Sequence record: PV173775
Strand: one strand, 5' to 3'
Length of the DNA stretch: 64,000 nt
Source: Escherichia phage GEP001
Part shown: positions 48,608 to 57,950 of the stretch, piece after piece
Position numbering within the stretch: the first letter of the stretch is position 1
Layout of the letters: each line of letters begins with the position of its first letter
Position numbers and translations under genes: made by a program
Notes under the pieces: generated by a model
Database searches by the model: none
The model's input: the letters and a program-made list of their open reading frames with translations, nothing else
What the model was told of the DNA's origin: nothing

Positions 48608-50306
48608 TTGTGTATTGACCAGATGAAATAGAACTCATAGATGCCATTTTTTCTGTCCAATCACCACCAACATCCCAATCAACTGTTCCAGCAACTTTCC
48701 AAGAAAGATTTCCATTTACTGTATTAGTCTGGTTTCCTTCAACTAAAGTAGTAGCATCTCCTTTAACTGTAATGTCAGCATTGCCTTCAACTACAATAGT
48801 AACATTACCTTTGACTAGGATAGTTCCATTACCTTCAACTGTCTTAGTTTCATCGCCACGGACAAATATCGTATTGCTTCCATCTATTTGGTGAAGACGA
48901 TTATCCATGTTGTAATAAATTTCTGATCCACCGACGTTAGTCTTTTTATCGCCGGCTACCAAAAAATTACCGTCAGCATTTGTTATATCATACAAATTAT
49001 CAACAGTTTTTCTTGTTCTTCTTCCTGATGGTGATACTTCCTCATACGTTCCAGTCGGATGAACTAATCTGTATCGCTCTTGCCCAGGGGTATCATCAAA
49101 TTCCTGAATATGACCGCTTTCAGTTTCCATTGTGTGAACATACGGATATTCGCCTTTATATGAAGAAACAGGTTCTTTGAATAAAATTCTTGAATCATTC
49201 GGAATAGGAGGGTCAGCTGGGTCAGAAGACTTTGCTACAGTAGCAGCCATTGCAGACAAAGACCTAGCTGGCGTTTTCACTTCAATACCATATGATTCCA
49301 AATTCCCTGTAAGAATAATCATGGTAACACGGGATGCACGGCCTTTTGTTTGTTGATACCACAACGAATCACGACCGGCTTTATATGCTTTTTCCCAATC
49401 TCCGGCTAACATAGCAGTTAACATTGTGTTAAATTTAGCTACACCGCCAACGCCCATTTGGAATGCCATATTTTCTAACGCCATTTGACGAGAACGATTA
49501 ACTGCTTTCCAAACTGGGCCAACTTTAGAATGTGATTTAATGTCACGTTGCATATCAGCCAAATCGCGTTCAAATAAAGTTACCGCTTCTTCCATTGTAA
49601 TAGAACCTGGATTTCCGGTAATTTCACGACCAACTTGTTTTGATAAAACTTTATTAATTTGGGTCATATCACGAACTGGCTGCTTCATGATAAGATGACC
49701 AATACCAATTGTCGGATATCCTTCAGTATCCCAATAAACTTTTAGTCTTAATCCTTCATCGCGGCGAAGCATTTCAGCCATTGACATATTTGGATTATCA
49801 TCAGTTGGAATTTCTGATAGCGGTCTATCATCAGGATTTATCGCAGTATCTAGATTGCTATCTTGGATAATATTAGAAGACGAATCATATCCTACTTCTC
49901 CGCCTTGGTTTAATACGTTAGTATCATTTCCTAGACGTCTAGGATACTGTCCAGTTGGGTCAGAAAAGCCTTCAAGTCTATTAGGTTTTTCACGAACTAT
50001 CCCACCATACGTGCCAAGGACAATTCCGTTAGTTTTCCATTTGTCTAAAAAATGACCATAAACTCTAGTTCCTTCTACTGGACCAGTAACGGAGCCTCCA
50101 ATTCCAGACATTGCTGCAGAAGTTATCGGTTGAATAACTGACATCCATGGCAATTTATCGGTTGGAATACCCATTACATCGCCTTGTGCTCTTTGAGGCG
50201 GATGCAGACCAACCACACGAACACGAACACGACCTAATTTTAATGGGTCCATTCTATCTTCAACAACGCCAACAAACCAGTTGAGGTTATTACTTATCAT
50301 TTCCAT
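48579..50306 (-). CDS. 5: baseplate central spike with lysozyme domain (T4 gp5)
   Basis: 575 aa; internal lysozyme motif DEGLRLKVYWDTEGYPTIGIGHLI paralogous to gene e; C-terminal V-x-G-x repeats of the beta-helix needle. Confidence 0.95.
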   Translation of the reverse strand: MEMISNNLNWFVGVVEDRMDPLKLGRVRVRVVGLHPPQRAQGDVMGIPTDKLPWMSVIQPITSAAMSGIGGSVTGPVEGTRVYGHFLDKWKTNGIVLGTYGGIVREKPNRLEGFSDPTGQYPRRLGNDTNVLNQGGEVGYDSSSNIIQDSNLDTAINPDDRPLSEIPTDDNPNMSMAEMLRRDEGLRLKVYWDTEGYPTIGIGHLIMKQPVRDMTQINKVLSKQVGREITGNPGSITMEEAVTLFERDLADMQRDIKSHSKVGPVWKAVNRSRQMALENMAFQMGVGGVAKFNTMLTAMLAGDWEKAYKAGRDSLWYQQTKGRASRVTMIILTGNLESYGIEVKTPARSLSAMAATVAKSSDPADPPIPNDSRILFKEPVSSYKGEYPYVHTMETESGHIQEFDDTPGQERYRLVHPTGTYEEVSPSGRRTRKTVDNLYDITNADGNFLVAGDKKTNVGGSEIYYNMDNRLHQIDGSNTIFVRGDETKTVEGNGTILVKGNVTIVVEGNADITVKGDATTLVEGNQTNTVNGNLSWKVAGTVDWDVGGDWTEKMASMSSISSGQYTIDGSRIDIG

Positions 50307-50880
50307 AAGATTTCTCCATTATACGTATAAGGTCGTTCATAAATGAATTGATGTCTGATTTTGCTATTATTTTTATTTGACGAAGTTTTTCATTTTCAAG
50401 AACAGCAGCTTCATACGTATCGACCGCAGCAAGTGCTCCTTCGTATTGAGGATATTTTCTAGCTTTATCGCCTTTATCATACCAAACATATGGATTATCA
50501 TCGTATGATATTAAATTATAAAATTTTTCACCATTCTCATTCACGTGATATACTATTTGGTCTCCACCTACATTTTTGTATTTTTGTATAGATGCTTGAT
50601 AAGCAGCTTCTTGCGAAGTAATCCATCCATAATACGGATCATAATTATCATTACACATCAATAAAACCCAATACAACTGTGGATTTCCATATATAGCATT
50701 TGCTAATTCTTCCGGGCGTGGTGAACCTTTAATATAATAAGTACGTAAGCGATATCCCGCAAGAGCACGTTTGAAATAGTCTTTATAGTTTCTAAAAATA
50801 TCTGTCATAGGAATAGTCGGCGCGTTTTTATTCACCGTTTTGGCCGCATATTCAATCGGATCAAAAAATGTAAAGAGCAT
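50290..50880 (-). CDS. 53: baseplate wedge protein (T4 gp53)
   Basis: 196 aa as T4 gp53; late promoter at 50909-50916. Confidence 0.85.
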   Translation of the reverse strand: MLFTFFDPIEYAAKTVNKNAPTIPMTDIFRNYKDYFKRALAGYRLRTYYIKGSPRPEELANAIYGNPQLYWVLLMCNDNYDPYYGWITSQEAAYQASIQKYKNVGGDQIVYHVNENGEKFYNLISYDDNPYVWYDKGDKARKYPQYEGALAAVDTYEAAVLENEKLRQIKIIAKSDINSFMNDLIRIMEKSYGNDK

Positions 50881-50893
50881 GGGCCCTCCTGTT

Positions 50894-50916
50894 TATAAAT
50901 ATATTATCTATTTATA
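50894..50916. promoter_or_regulatory. divergent late promoters for gene 4 (plus, 50894-50901) and gene 53 (minus, 50909-50916)
   Basis: Two TATAAATA elements on opposite strands in the 47 nt intergenic region. Confidence 0.65.
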
Positions 50917-50927
50917 AGGAGAATCCA

Positions 50928-51380
50928 ATGGCATATTCTGGAAAATGGGTTCCTAAAAATATATCAAAATATAGAGGTGACCCTAAAAAAATTACGTATA
51001 GATCAAATTGGGAAAAATTCTTTTTTGAATGGTTAGATAAAAATCCAGAAATTATTGCATGGGGTAGTGAAACAGCAGTAATTCCTTATTTTTGTAATGC
51101 AGAAGGGAAAAAACGTAGATACTTCATGGATATTTGGATGAAAGATTCTTCTGGACAAGAATTTTTTATTGAAATAAAGCCTAAAAAAGAAACACAACCA
51201 CCAGTTAAACCAGCACATCTAACAACTGCAGCGAAGAAAAGATTTATGAATGAAATTTATACATATTCCGTTAATACTGACAAATGGAAAGCAGCTCAAG
51301 CTTTAGCTGAAAAGCGTGGAATAAAATTTAGAATTTTAACAGAAGATGGATTACGAGCTCTTGGCTTTAAGGGGGCATAA
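50928..51380 (+). CDS. 4: head completion protein (T4 gp4)
   Basis: 150 aa as T4 gp4; late promoter 50894-50901, SD AAGGAG. Confidence 0.85.
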   Translation: MAYSGKWVPKNISKYRGDPKKITYRSNWEKFFFEWLDKNPEIIAWGSETAVIPYFCNAEGKKRRYFMDIWMKDSSGQEFFIEIKPKKETQPPVKPAHLTTAAKKRFMNEIYTYSVNTDKWKAAQALAEKRGIKFRILTEDGLRALGFKGA

Positions 51381-52204
51381 TGGCTATTTTTCAAATAATT
51401 AATGAAAGCACTCCCCAAGTTCCAAAGGTTAAGCAATCATTAAACGAAAAGAAATGGATTCAGATAGGTCTTGAATACAGAAAGGCCAAAGCAAAAGGAA
51501 TGACAGGAAAGCAATTTGCTGAAGAAAGAGGAATCAAATACTCTACGTTTACTTCGGCAATGTCAAAATATGCTTCAGGAATTAAAACGGCTGAAAAGAT
51601 TCAAAAGCTTGAATCAAAACCAATGAATAAACTCAATAAGCAAGAAAGACAACTGCTTATGATAAATTCATTCAGGCAAACGTTGCGTGATAAAATTCGT
51701 AATGAAGGTGCAGCAATTAATAATAAAACCAGAAAGTGGTTTGCTGAAACTATTAAGCAAGTAAAAGGACATAAAGTTGTTCGCCCGCAGCCGGGACGAA
51801 TATATGCTTTTGCTTATGATGCTAAACACAAGGAAACTCTTCCTTATTGGGATAAATTTCCTTTGATAATTTACCTTGGTTTAGGTAAACACAATTTAAT
51901 GTACGGATTGAACTTGCACTATATTCCACCTAAAGCTCGTCAGCAATTTCTAGAAGAGCTTTTAAAGCAATATGCAAATACGCCTACTATTACTAATAAA
52001 ACGAAATTAAAAATTGATTGGAGTCAAGTGAAAGGATTTAGGGGTGCAGACCAAATGATTAAGGCATATATACCTGGTAATATCATGGGTAGTCTTGTTG
52101 AAATCGCCCCGAAAGACTGGGCGAACGTTGTGTTGATGCCACTTCAGCAGTTCGTTTCAAAAGGAAAACGTTTCTCTGCAAACAAAGTCTGGTCAAATAT
52201 CTAA
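51380..52204 (+). CDS. 2: DNA end protector protein (T4 gp2)
   Basis: 274 aa as T4 gp2; start overlaps gene 4 stop. Confidence 0.85.
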   Translation: MAIFQIINESTPQVPKVKQSLNEKKWIQIGLEYRKAKAKGMTGKQFAEERGIKYSTFTSAMSKYASGIKTAEKIQKLESKPMNKLNKQERQLLMINSFRQTLRDKIRNEGAAINNKTRKWFAETIKQVKGHKVVRPQPGRIYAFAYDAKHKETLPYWDKFPLIIYLGLGKHNLMYGLNLHYIPPKARQQFLEELLKQYANTPTITNKTKLKIDWSQVKGFRGADQMIKAYIPGNIMGSLVEIAPKDWANVVLMPLQQFVSKGKRFSANKVWSNI

Positions 52205-52310
52205 TTCTATTATCTTCCATTCTTTTCTATTGTTTGTTCTAATTGGAATTGAATGGAAGGGACTTAGACCCATTATACCACCAACATTTATAAAGCATTA
52301 TGAGGAATAT

Positions 52311-52841
52311 ATGTCGCAAGCACTACAACAAATTTTTAACCAAGCAAATACAACTAACTTTGTAGTATCAATACCGCATAGTAATACTACATCTGCTTTT
52401 ACTTTAAATGCTCAGTCAGTTCCTATTCCAGGAATTAGAATACCTGTTACTGATACCGTGACTGGGCCGTTTGGACTAGGCAGAGCGCAACGTCCAGGAG
52501 TTACATTTGAGTACGACCCACTCATTGTGAGATTTATAGTTGATGAAGAGCTTAAGTCGTGGATAGGAATGTATGAATGGATGCTAGGAACTAGTAACTA
52601 TCTTACGGGTGAAAATACTGCCCAAAAAACAGGTCCTGAATACATTACGCTTTACATTTTAGATAATAGTAAAACTGAAATCGTGATGTCAATAAATTTT
52701 TATAAGCCTTGGGTTTCTGACCTGTCTGAAGTAGAATTTAGCTACACGGAAGATTCAGACCCAGCTTTAGTATGTACAGCAACGATTCCTTATACGTATT
52801 TTCAAGTAGAAAAAGATGGTAAAATTATAGCAGAAGTTTAA
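52311..52841 (+). CDS. 3: tail completion / sheath stabiliser (T4 gp3)
   Basis: ATG at 52311 with SD GAGGAA gives 176 aa as T4 gp3 (track ORF begins upstream at 52230). Confidence 0.8.
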   Translation: MSQALQQIFNQANTTNFVVSIPHSNTTSAFTLNAQSVPIPGIRIPVTDTVTGPFGLGRAQRPGVTFEYDPLIVRFIVDEELKSWIGMYEWMLGTSNYLTGENTAQKTGPEYITLYILDNSKTEIVMSINFYKPWVSDLSEVEFSYTEDSDPALVCTATIPYTYFQVEKDGKIIAEV

Positions 52842-52842
52842 T

Positions 52843-52866
52843 GCTTCAGTTTCATGTGTTATAATC
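52843..52866 (+). promoter_or_regulatory. MotA-dependent middle promoter upstream of gene 1
   Basis: MotA box TGCTTCA (52843-52849), 11 nt spacer, extended -10 TGTTATAAT (52858-52866). Confidence 0.6.
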
Positions 52867-52890
52867 TTAACTAAATTTGAGGAGAAACAT

Positions 52891-53615
52891 ATGAAACTAA
52901 TCTTTTTAAGTGGTGTAAAGCGTAGTGGAAAAGATACTACCGCAGATTTTATCATGAATAATTATTCTGCAGTTAAATATCAACTTGCTGGTCCTATTAA
53001 GGATGCATTGGCTTATGCATGGGGCGTATTTGCAGCAAACACTGACTATCCTTGCTTAACTCGTAAAGAGTTTGAAGGAATTGACTATGATCGTGAGACT
53101 AATTTAAATCTGACTAAATTAGAAGTAATTACGATTATGGAACAAGCATTTTGCTATCTTAATAGTAAAAGCCCAATTAAAGGTGTGTTTGTTTTTGATG
53201 ACGAAGGAAAGGAATCAGTTACTTTCGTAGCATTTAACAAGATTGCTGACGTTATAAATAATATTGAAGATCAATGGTCAGTCCGTCGTCTGATGCAAGC
53301 CCTAGGTACGGATTTGATTGTTAATAACTTCGACCGCATGTATTGGGTAAAATTATTTGCTTTAGATTATCTTGATAAATTTAACTCAGGTTATGATTAT
53401 TATATCGTTCCTGATACTCGTCAAGATCATGAAATGGATGCGGCTAGGGCGATGGGTGCTACAGTAATTCATGTAGTTCGTCCTGGTCAAAAATCCAATG
53501 ATACTCATATTACAGAAGCTGGATTGCCAATTCGTGATGGTGATTTAGTAATTACAAACGATGGTTCTCTTGAAGAACTTTTTTCTAAAATTAAAAATAC
53601 ACTAAAGGTACTATA

Positions 53616-53616
<1 letters not shown>
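52891..53616 (+). CDS. 1: deoxynucleoside monophosphate kinase (T4 gp1)
   Basis: 241 aa; P-loop LSGVKRSGKDT; MotA-type middle promoter at 52843-52866. Confidence 0.9.
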
Positions 53617-54313
<697 letters not shown>

Positions 54314-54326
54314 TTTCACAAAGTTG

Positions 54327-54355
54327 TTTACACGCTGATGAGGTAGTGATACTAT
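54327..54355 (+). promoter_or_regulatory. early promoter for ipI
   Basis: TTTCACAAAGTTGTTTACA...TGATACTAT; -35 TTTACA, 17 nt spacer, -10 TACTAT. Confidence 0.65.
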
Positions 54356-54385
54356 TATCTCATCAAAATTAATTAGGAAAATAAA

Positions 54386-54673
54386 ATGAAAACATTTAAA
54401 GAATTTACTTCTACAACTACCCCGGTTTCTACCATTACCGAAGCTACTCTTACTTCTGAAGTTATTAAAGCAAATAAAGGACGAGAAGGTAAACCAATGA
54501 TTAGTCTGGTTGATGGCGAAGAAATCAAAGGTACTGTTTACCTAGGCGATGGGTGGTCTGCTAAAAAGGATGGTGCTACAATCGTTATCTCTCCTGCTGA
54601 AGAAACTGCGTTGTTTAAAGCTAAACATATTTCTGCGGCACATCTCAAGATTATTGCTAAAAATCTTTTGTAA
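54386..54673 (+). CDS. ipI: internal protein I (capsid-packaged, anti-restriction in T4)
   Basis: 95 aa; N-terminal capsid-targeting sequence MKTFKEFTSTTTPVSTITE; early promoter 54327-54355. Confidence 0.85.
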   Translation: MKTFKEFTSTTTPVSTITEATLTSEVIKANKGREGKPMISLVDGEEIKGTVYLGDGWSAKKDGATIVISPAEETALFKAKHISAAHLKIIAKNLL

Positions 54674-54693
54674 TAAATATTTCACAAAGTTGT

Positions 54694-54722
54694 TTACATA
54701 GGGTTTTAGTTGTGATACTATT
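54694..54722 (+). promoter_or_regulatory. early promoter for the 61-aa membrane protein gene
   Basis: The same 19-nt TTTCACAAAGTTGTTTACA as the ipI promoter, then -10 TACTAT after 17 nt. Confidence 0.65.
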
Positions 54723-54749
54723 ACCCTATCAACTACTGAGGAGAATAAA

Positions 54750-54935
54750 ATGAAACGTTGTGAATTAATTCGAAATGTTGCTATTGCAATTTCTGCTTCT
54801 GCTTTTAGTTTTTCAATGTTTGTTGGATTTATATGCGGATTATTGACTACAGCAGAAAACGTTTTTTCACTTGTAGTAGCATTTTTAATTGGTTTAATCG
54901 CTATTGTTATGGATAAAATTTCTAAAGGTGAATAG
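54750..54935 (+). CDS. small membrane protein, 61 aa, two predicted TM helices
   Basis: Hydrophobic segments AIAISASAFSFSMFVGFICGLL and FSLVVAFLIGLIAIV; own early promoter 54694-54722. Confidence 0.55.
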   Translation: MKRCELIRNVAIAISASAFSFSMFVGFICGLLTTAENVFSLVVAFLIGLIAIVMDKISKGE

Positions 54936-55320
54936 AATGTATAAAGTGTACGCGGATTATCAGGCTAATCCATCTAAAAAGCCAAGCTGTCAAATAGGAT
55001 GGGCTCATGATACTTTGCTTGAAGCAGTAGATGCTGCTCAAAAATTGGGATATAAATATGTAGAGATTGTTCAACTTCCATCAGGAACAGTTATTACTCT
55101 CGAAGAGTTTAATAATATTAAATCAAACTTTTTACTTTTTGCAGGTGATAATTATTATCCTCGTGGTGGATATGCTGATTTAATCGCGAAAGCCGCTACC
55201 GAAGATGAACTTCGTGATATTATTAAAGAAAATGAAAATAAACCGATGTATGGTTCTAATCGCTTTGATTGGTGGCAAATCGTAAATGCCCATACTCATA
55301 CTATTGTTGATGAAGGCTGA
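54904..55320 (+). CDS. hypothetical protein
   Basis: ORF of 138 aa on track; likely start is Met at 54940 (MYKVYADY). Confidence 0.55.
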   Translation: MLWIKFLKVNRMYKVYADYQANPSKKPSCQIGWAHDTLLEAVDAAQKLGYKYVEIVQLPSGTVITLEEFNNIKSNFLLFAGDNYYPRGGYADLIAKAATEDELRDIIKENENKPMYGSNRFDWWQIVNAHTHTIVDEG

Positions 55321-55322
55321 TA

Positions 55323-55628
55323 ATGATTCTTTATGCGAAAGTATCGTCCATTGAAAATGGATATAAATATGATCAAGAAGCAGCTAAAGCCTTGATTGAT
55401 GATTATGGCATTTTAACGTGTTTTGAAGTTGAAAAGGTTTACATTGACCGTTCATCTTCTCAAGTTAAATTAGTGAAGGAAGACCGTAAATTTAATACAG
55501 TAAATTTTGATTTCTTTATTGAAACAGAAAAAGGTCCTCTTGAATATGATATTTTCAAGAATCCTTTGGGTCTTGAATGTATTAAATATACTTACATTAA
55601 TATGGTGAACAAATGTATATTCGTTTAG
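55323..55628 (+). CDS. hypothetical protein, 101 aa
   Basis: ORF closely packed with neighbours; no motif recognised. Confidence 0.5.
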   Translation: MILYAKVSSIENGYKYDQEAAKALIDDYGILTCFEVEKVYIDRSSSQVKLVKEDRKFNTVNFDFFIETEKGPLEYDIFKNPLGLECIKYTYINMVNKCIFV

Positions 55629-56128
55629 GCAGCACAATTCCTAAGGGTTACGTAATTGATGTCACTACCTGGGAAAATGATGGTGACAACTATAAAACAA
55701 AAACTCTGTTTGGCGTAGAAGAGCATGAGCTCCAACAATTTAAATATCTCTTGAAGAAGTTTAAGAGTCGTCATTCTAGTACCAAAGTTGAACGTTATTG
55801 TGGTAATGGTTTGTTCAGCGAGCAAGAGCTTTTTATATATGAATATTTGGTTGAAGGACTGTTCTCAGACCAACTTTATCCAGAATTCATTAAAAAGGTC
55901 TTTGACATAGAAGTTGACCTTGGTAATAAATCCGAAGAAGATGAAGAACGTGTATTTGACTTATTCTTTGTGAATGGTAATAAGATATCTGAAGGCCTCA
56001 TTGATATTCTTGGTCATGCTTCTGAATACTATGAATATGATTTCTTGCGTGTAGTTGAACATGTAGAATTTGCTTATATCGAAGAAGAAATTGTTTTGCC
56101 GACTGTTAAAATGGTTGATTTGCTTTAA
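55613..56128 (+). CDS. hypothetical acidic protein, 171 aa
   Basis: ORF overlapping previous ORF end; no motif recognised. Confidence 0.55.
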   Translation: MYIRLGSTIPKGYVIDVTTWENDGDNYKTKTLFGVEEHELQQFKYLLKKFKSRHSSTKVERYCGNGLFSEQELFIYEYLVEGLFSDQLYPEFIKKVFDIEVDLGNKSEEDEERVFDLFFVNGNKISEGLIDILGHASEYYEYDFLRVVEHVEFAYIEEEIVLPTVKMVDLL

Positions 56129-56214
56129 GAATTATTTGTTATTATTAACTCATATCGCACTGATTAATACCCTCTATCATCAAGGGTTCTTATTTGAGAG
56201 CCTTTGTTAATAAT

Positions 56215-56287
56215 TGGGAATTAGCCAAGTTGGTAAGGCACTGGATTTTGATTCCAGGATGCAAAGGTTCGAGTCCTTTATTCCCAG
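56215..56287 (+). tRNA. tRNA-Gln (anticodon UUG)
   Basis: Cloverleaf read by hand: acceptor TGGGAAT/ATTCCCA, anticodon stem CTGGA/TCCAG with loop TTTTGAT, T-loop TTCGAGT; CCA not encoded. Confidence 0.85.
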
Positions 56288-56288
56288 C

Positions 56289-56375
56289 GCGAGAATGGTC
56301 AAATTGGTAAAGGCACAGCACTTAAAATGCTGCGGAATGATTTCCTTGTGGGTTCGAGTCCCACTTCTCGCACCA
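56289..56375 (+). tRNA. tRNA-Leu (anticodon UAA), type II
   Basis: Acceptor GCGAGAA/TTCTCGC, anticodon loop CTTAAAA, long variable arm, T-loop TTCGAGT, encoded CCA; starts 1 nt after tRNA-Gln. Confidence 0.85.
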
Positions 56376-56380
56376 AATTT

Positions 56381-56454
<74 letters not shown>

Positions 56455-56464
56455 ATTTAATTTA

Positions 56465-56538
56465 CTCCGTGTAGCTCAGTTTGGTAGAGCGTCTGCTTTG
56501 GGAGCAGAATGTCGTAGGTTCAAATCCTGCTACGGAGA
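56465..56538 (+). tRNA. tRNA-Pro (anticodon UGG)
   Basis: Acceptor CTCCGTG/TACGGAG, D arm GCTC...GAGC, anticodon loop TTTGGGA, T-loop TTCAAAT. Confidence 0.85.
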
Positions 56539-56540
56539 CT

Positions 56541-56630
56541 GGAGGCGTGGCAGAGTGGTTTAATGCACCGGTCTTGAAAACCGGCAGTCGCTCCGGCGAC
56601 TCATAGGTTCAAATCCTATCGCCTCCGCCA
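56541..56630 (+). tRNA. tRNA-Ser (anticodon UGA), type II
   Basis: Acceptor GGAGGCG/CGCCTCC, anticodon stem CCGGT/ACCGG with loop CTTGAAA, long variable arm, T-loop TTCAAAT, CCA. Confidence 0.85.
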
Positions 56631-56636
56631 GTTTTT

Positions 56637-56712
56637 GCTGATTTAGCTCAGTAGGTAGAGCACCTCACTTGTAATGAGGACGTCGGCGGTTCGATTCCGT
56701 CAATCAGCACCA
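56637..56712 (+). tRNA. tRNA-Thr (anticodon UGU)
   Basis: Acceptor GCTGATT/AATCAGC, anticodon stem CCTCA/TGAGG with loop CTTGTAA, T-loop TTCGATT, CCA. Confidence 0.85.
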
Positions 56713-56713
56713 A

Positions 56714-56788
56714 GGCCCTGTAGCTGGAAGGTTCAAGCAAGCGACTCATAATCGCCAGATGGTGGTTCAATTCCACCCAGGGCCACCA
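56714..56788 (+). tRNA. tRNA with anticodon CAU (T4 tRNA-Ile-type reading AUA after modification, or Met)
   Basis: Acceptor GGCCCTG/CAGGGCC, anticodon loop CTCATAA, T-loop TTCAATT, CCA; T4 tRNA-Ile carries a modified CAU-type anticodon. Confidence 0.75.
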
Positions 56789-56797
56789 AATTAATTT

Positions 56798-56884
56798 GGG
56801 GAGTTATCCCGTAGAGGTAGCGGTGTGGACTGTAAATTCATTGTCATTGCGACTCGGGTGGTTCGACTCCATCACTCCCCACCA
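56798..56884 (+). tRNA. tRNA-Tyr-like (anticodon GUA), type II, irregular D arm
   Basis: Acceptor GGGGAGT/ACTCCCC, anticodon stem GTGGA/TTCAT (two G-U pairs) with loop CTGTAAA, long variable arm, T arm GGTGG-TTCGACT-CCATC, CCA; D stem only 3 bp with 4 nt linker. Confidence 0.6.
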
Positions 56885-56888
56885 ATTT

Positions 56889-56963
56889 GGATGTGTAGCT
56901 CAATGGCAGAGCGATCGCCTGTTAAGCGATTGGTTATAGGTTCGAATCCTATCACGTCCGCCA
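56889..56963 (+). tRNA. tRNA-Asn (anticodon GUU)
   Basis: Acceptor GGATGTG/CACGTCC, D arm GCTC-AATGGCA-GAGC, anticodon stem ATCGC/GCGAT with loop CTGTTAA, T arm ATAGG-TTCGAAT-CCTAT, CCA. Confidence 0.8.
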
Positions 56964-56967
56964 AATC

Positions 56968-57043
56968 CGAGGCATAGCTCAGAAGGAAGAGCAAGGACCT
57001 TCTAAGTCCTAGGTCGTAGGTTCGATCCCTACTGCCTCGACCA
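56968..57043 (+). tRNA. tRNA-Arg (anticodon UCU)
   Basis: Acceptor CGAGGCA/TGCCTCG, D arm GCTC-AGAAGGAA-GAGC, anticodon stem AGGAC/GTCCT with loop CTTCTAA, T arm GTAGG-TTCGATC-CCTAC, CCA. Confidence 0.85.
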
Positions 57044-57059
57044 ATTAAGTGAGGAAAAT

Positions 57060-57410
57060 ATGAAAGGTAATGTTTATTTAGTAGTTCATGATTTAACATT
57101 CTATTTTAATCACAATGACACTGTTATTTCTGAACGTGTAATTAATTTACTTTATCAGCACGCAGATTATGTTTATGTCGAAAACGAATATGGTCATTGG
57201 CAATTTCTCAAAAATCGTTCATTTGGTTTAGATGGTTACGAATACTTTGAACGTAAAGACCTTTTAGATAAAATTCCGTTATCTACACAATATCAAAATC
57301 ATAAGTCTTTACATAAATGCCGTCAAATTCGAAATGCTGAATCTGCGTATGAAGCAATTGATTTATGGCGTAAACGTCGTGAACAGATTGATGCATTAAA
57401 AGAATATTAA
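57060..57410 (+). CDS. hypothetical protein, 116 aa
   Basis: ORF with SD GAGGAAAA immediately after tRNA-Arg. Confidence 0.5.
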   Translation: MKGNVYLVVHDLTFYFNHNDTVISERVINLLYQHADYVYVENEYGHWQFLKNRSFGLDGYEYFERKDLLDKIPLSTQYQNHKSLHKCRQIRNAESAYEAIDLWRKRREQIDALKEY

Positions 57411-57414
57411 GAAG

Positions 57415-57717
57415 CCGGGTCGCTACCGGTAAGTCGTCGGACTGATGTTCCCTGGAGTATAGTTTCTCCCACAGTTTTACTGTGTTCTGATTCTTTACTA
57501 TCACAGCAGAAACGGCGCACAGAATTATCGATTCGAGGAAATATCTTTGCCGTAAGCCGAGTAGCGTTTTTGACGGAACGTTCGGATATGGTCGAGATAT
57601 GGCCTTTTAAAAATATTGAGTAGCGTCAACTGCTTAATAACCGGGTTCGAATCCCGGCGTTTCGTACAAACACTTGCCTTAGCAGGTGGAACCCCGACAA
57701 GGTTGCCGCAAGGCTTA
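57415..57717 (+). ncRNA. candidate tRNA-like stable RNA(s) (cf. T4 species 1/2 RNAs rnaC/rnaD)
   Basis: ~300 nt with no long ORF next to the tRNA cluster; contains T-arm-like CCGGG-TTCGAAT-CCCGG (57640-57656) and several GC-rich stems; ends at terminator 57718-57745; boundaries approximate. Confidence 0.4.
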
Positions 57718-57745
57718 GCCCCGACCGAAAGGTTGGGGCTTTTTG
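57718..57745 (+). terminator. rho-independent terminator ending the tRNA / stable-RNA transcription unit
   Basis: AGCCCCGACC-GAAA-GGTTGGGGCT then TTTTT. Confidence 0.7.
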
Positions 57746-57878
57746 GTATCTAGGCCTTTCTGGACCTCTCTAGGCATCATTTAGTTTCTACCCTTTATAA
57801 TATATTATCCTATCCTTTAATTGCCCCTCCCTTCCCTAGAATTCCCTAAAACTTTTTAAAAAATTTTTCACAAAACTG

Positions 57879-57908
57879 TTTACATCCCTGTTCTTCCATG
57901 GTACTATA
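57879..57908 (+). promoter_or_regulatory. early promoter with A/T-rich UP element
   Basis: TTTTTCACAAAACTGTTTACA, -10 TACTAT; upstream A/T tract. Confidence 0.55.
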
Positions 57909-57950
57909 TCAATATCAACTACTGATACAGAAAACAACTTGGAGAATAAA

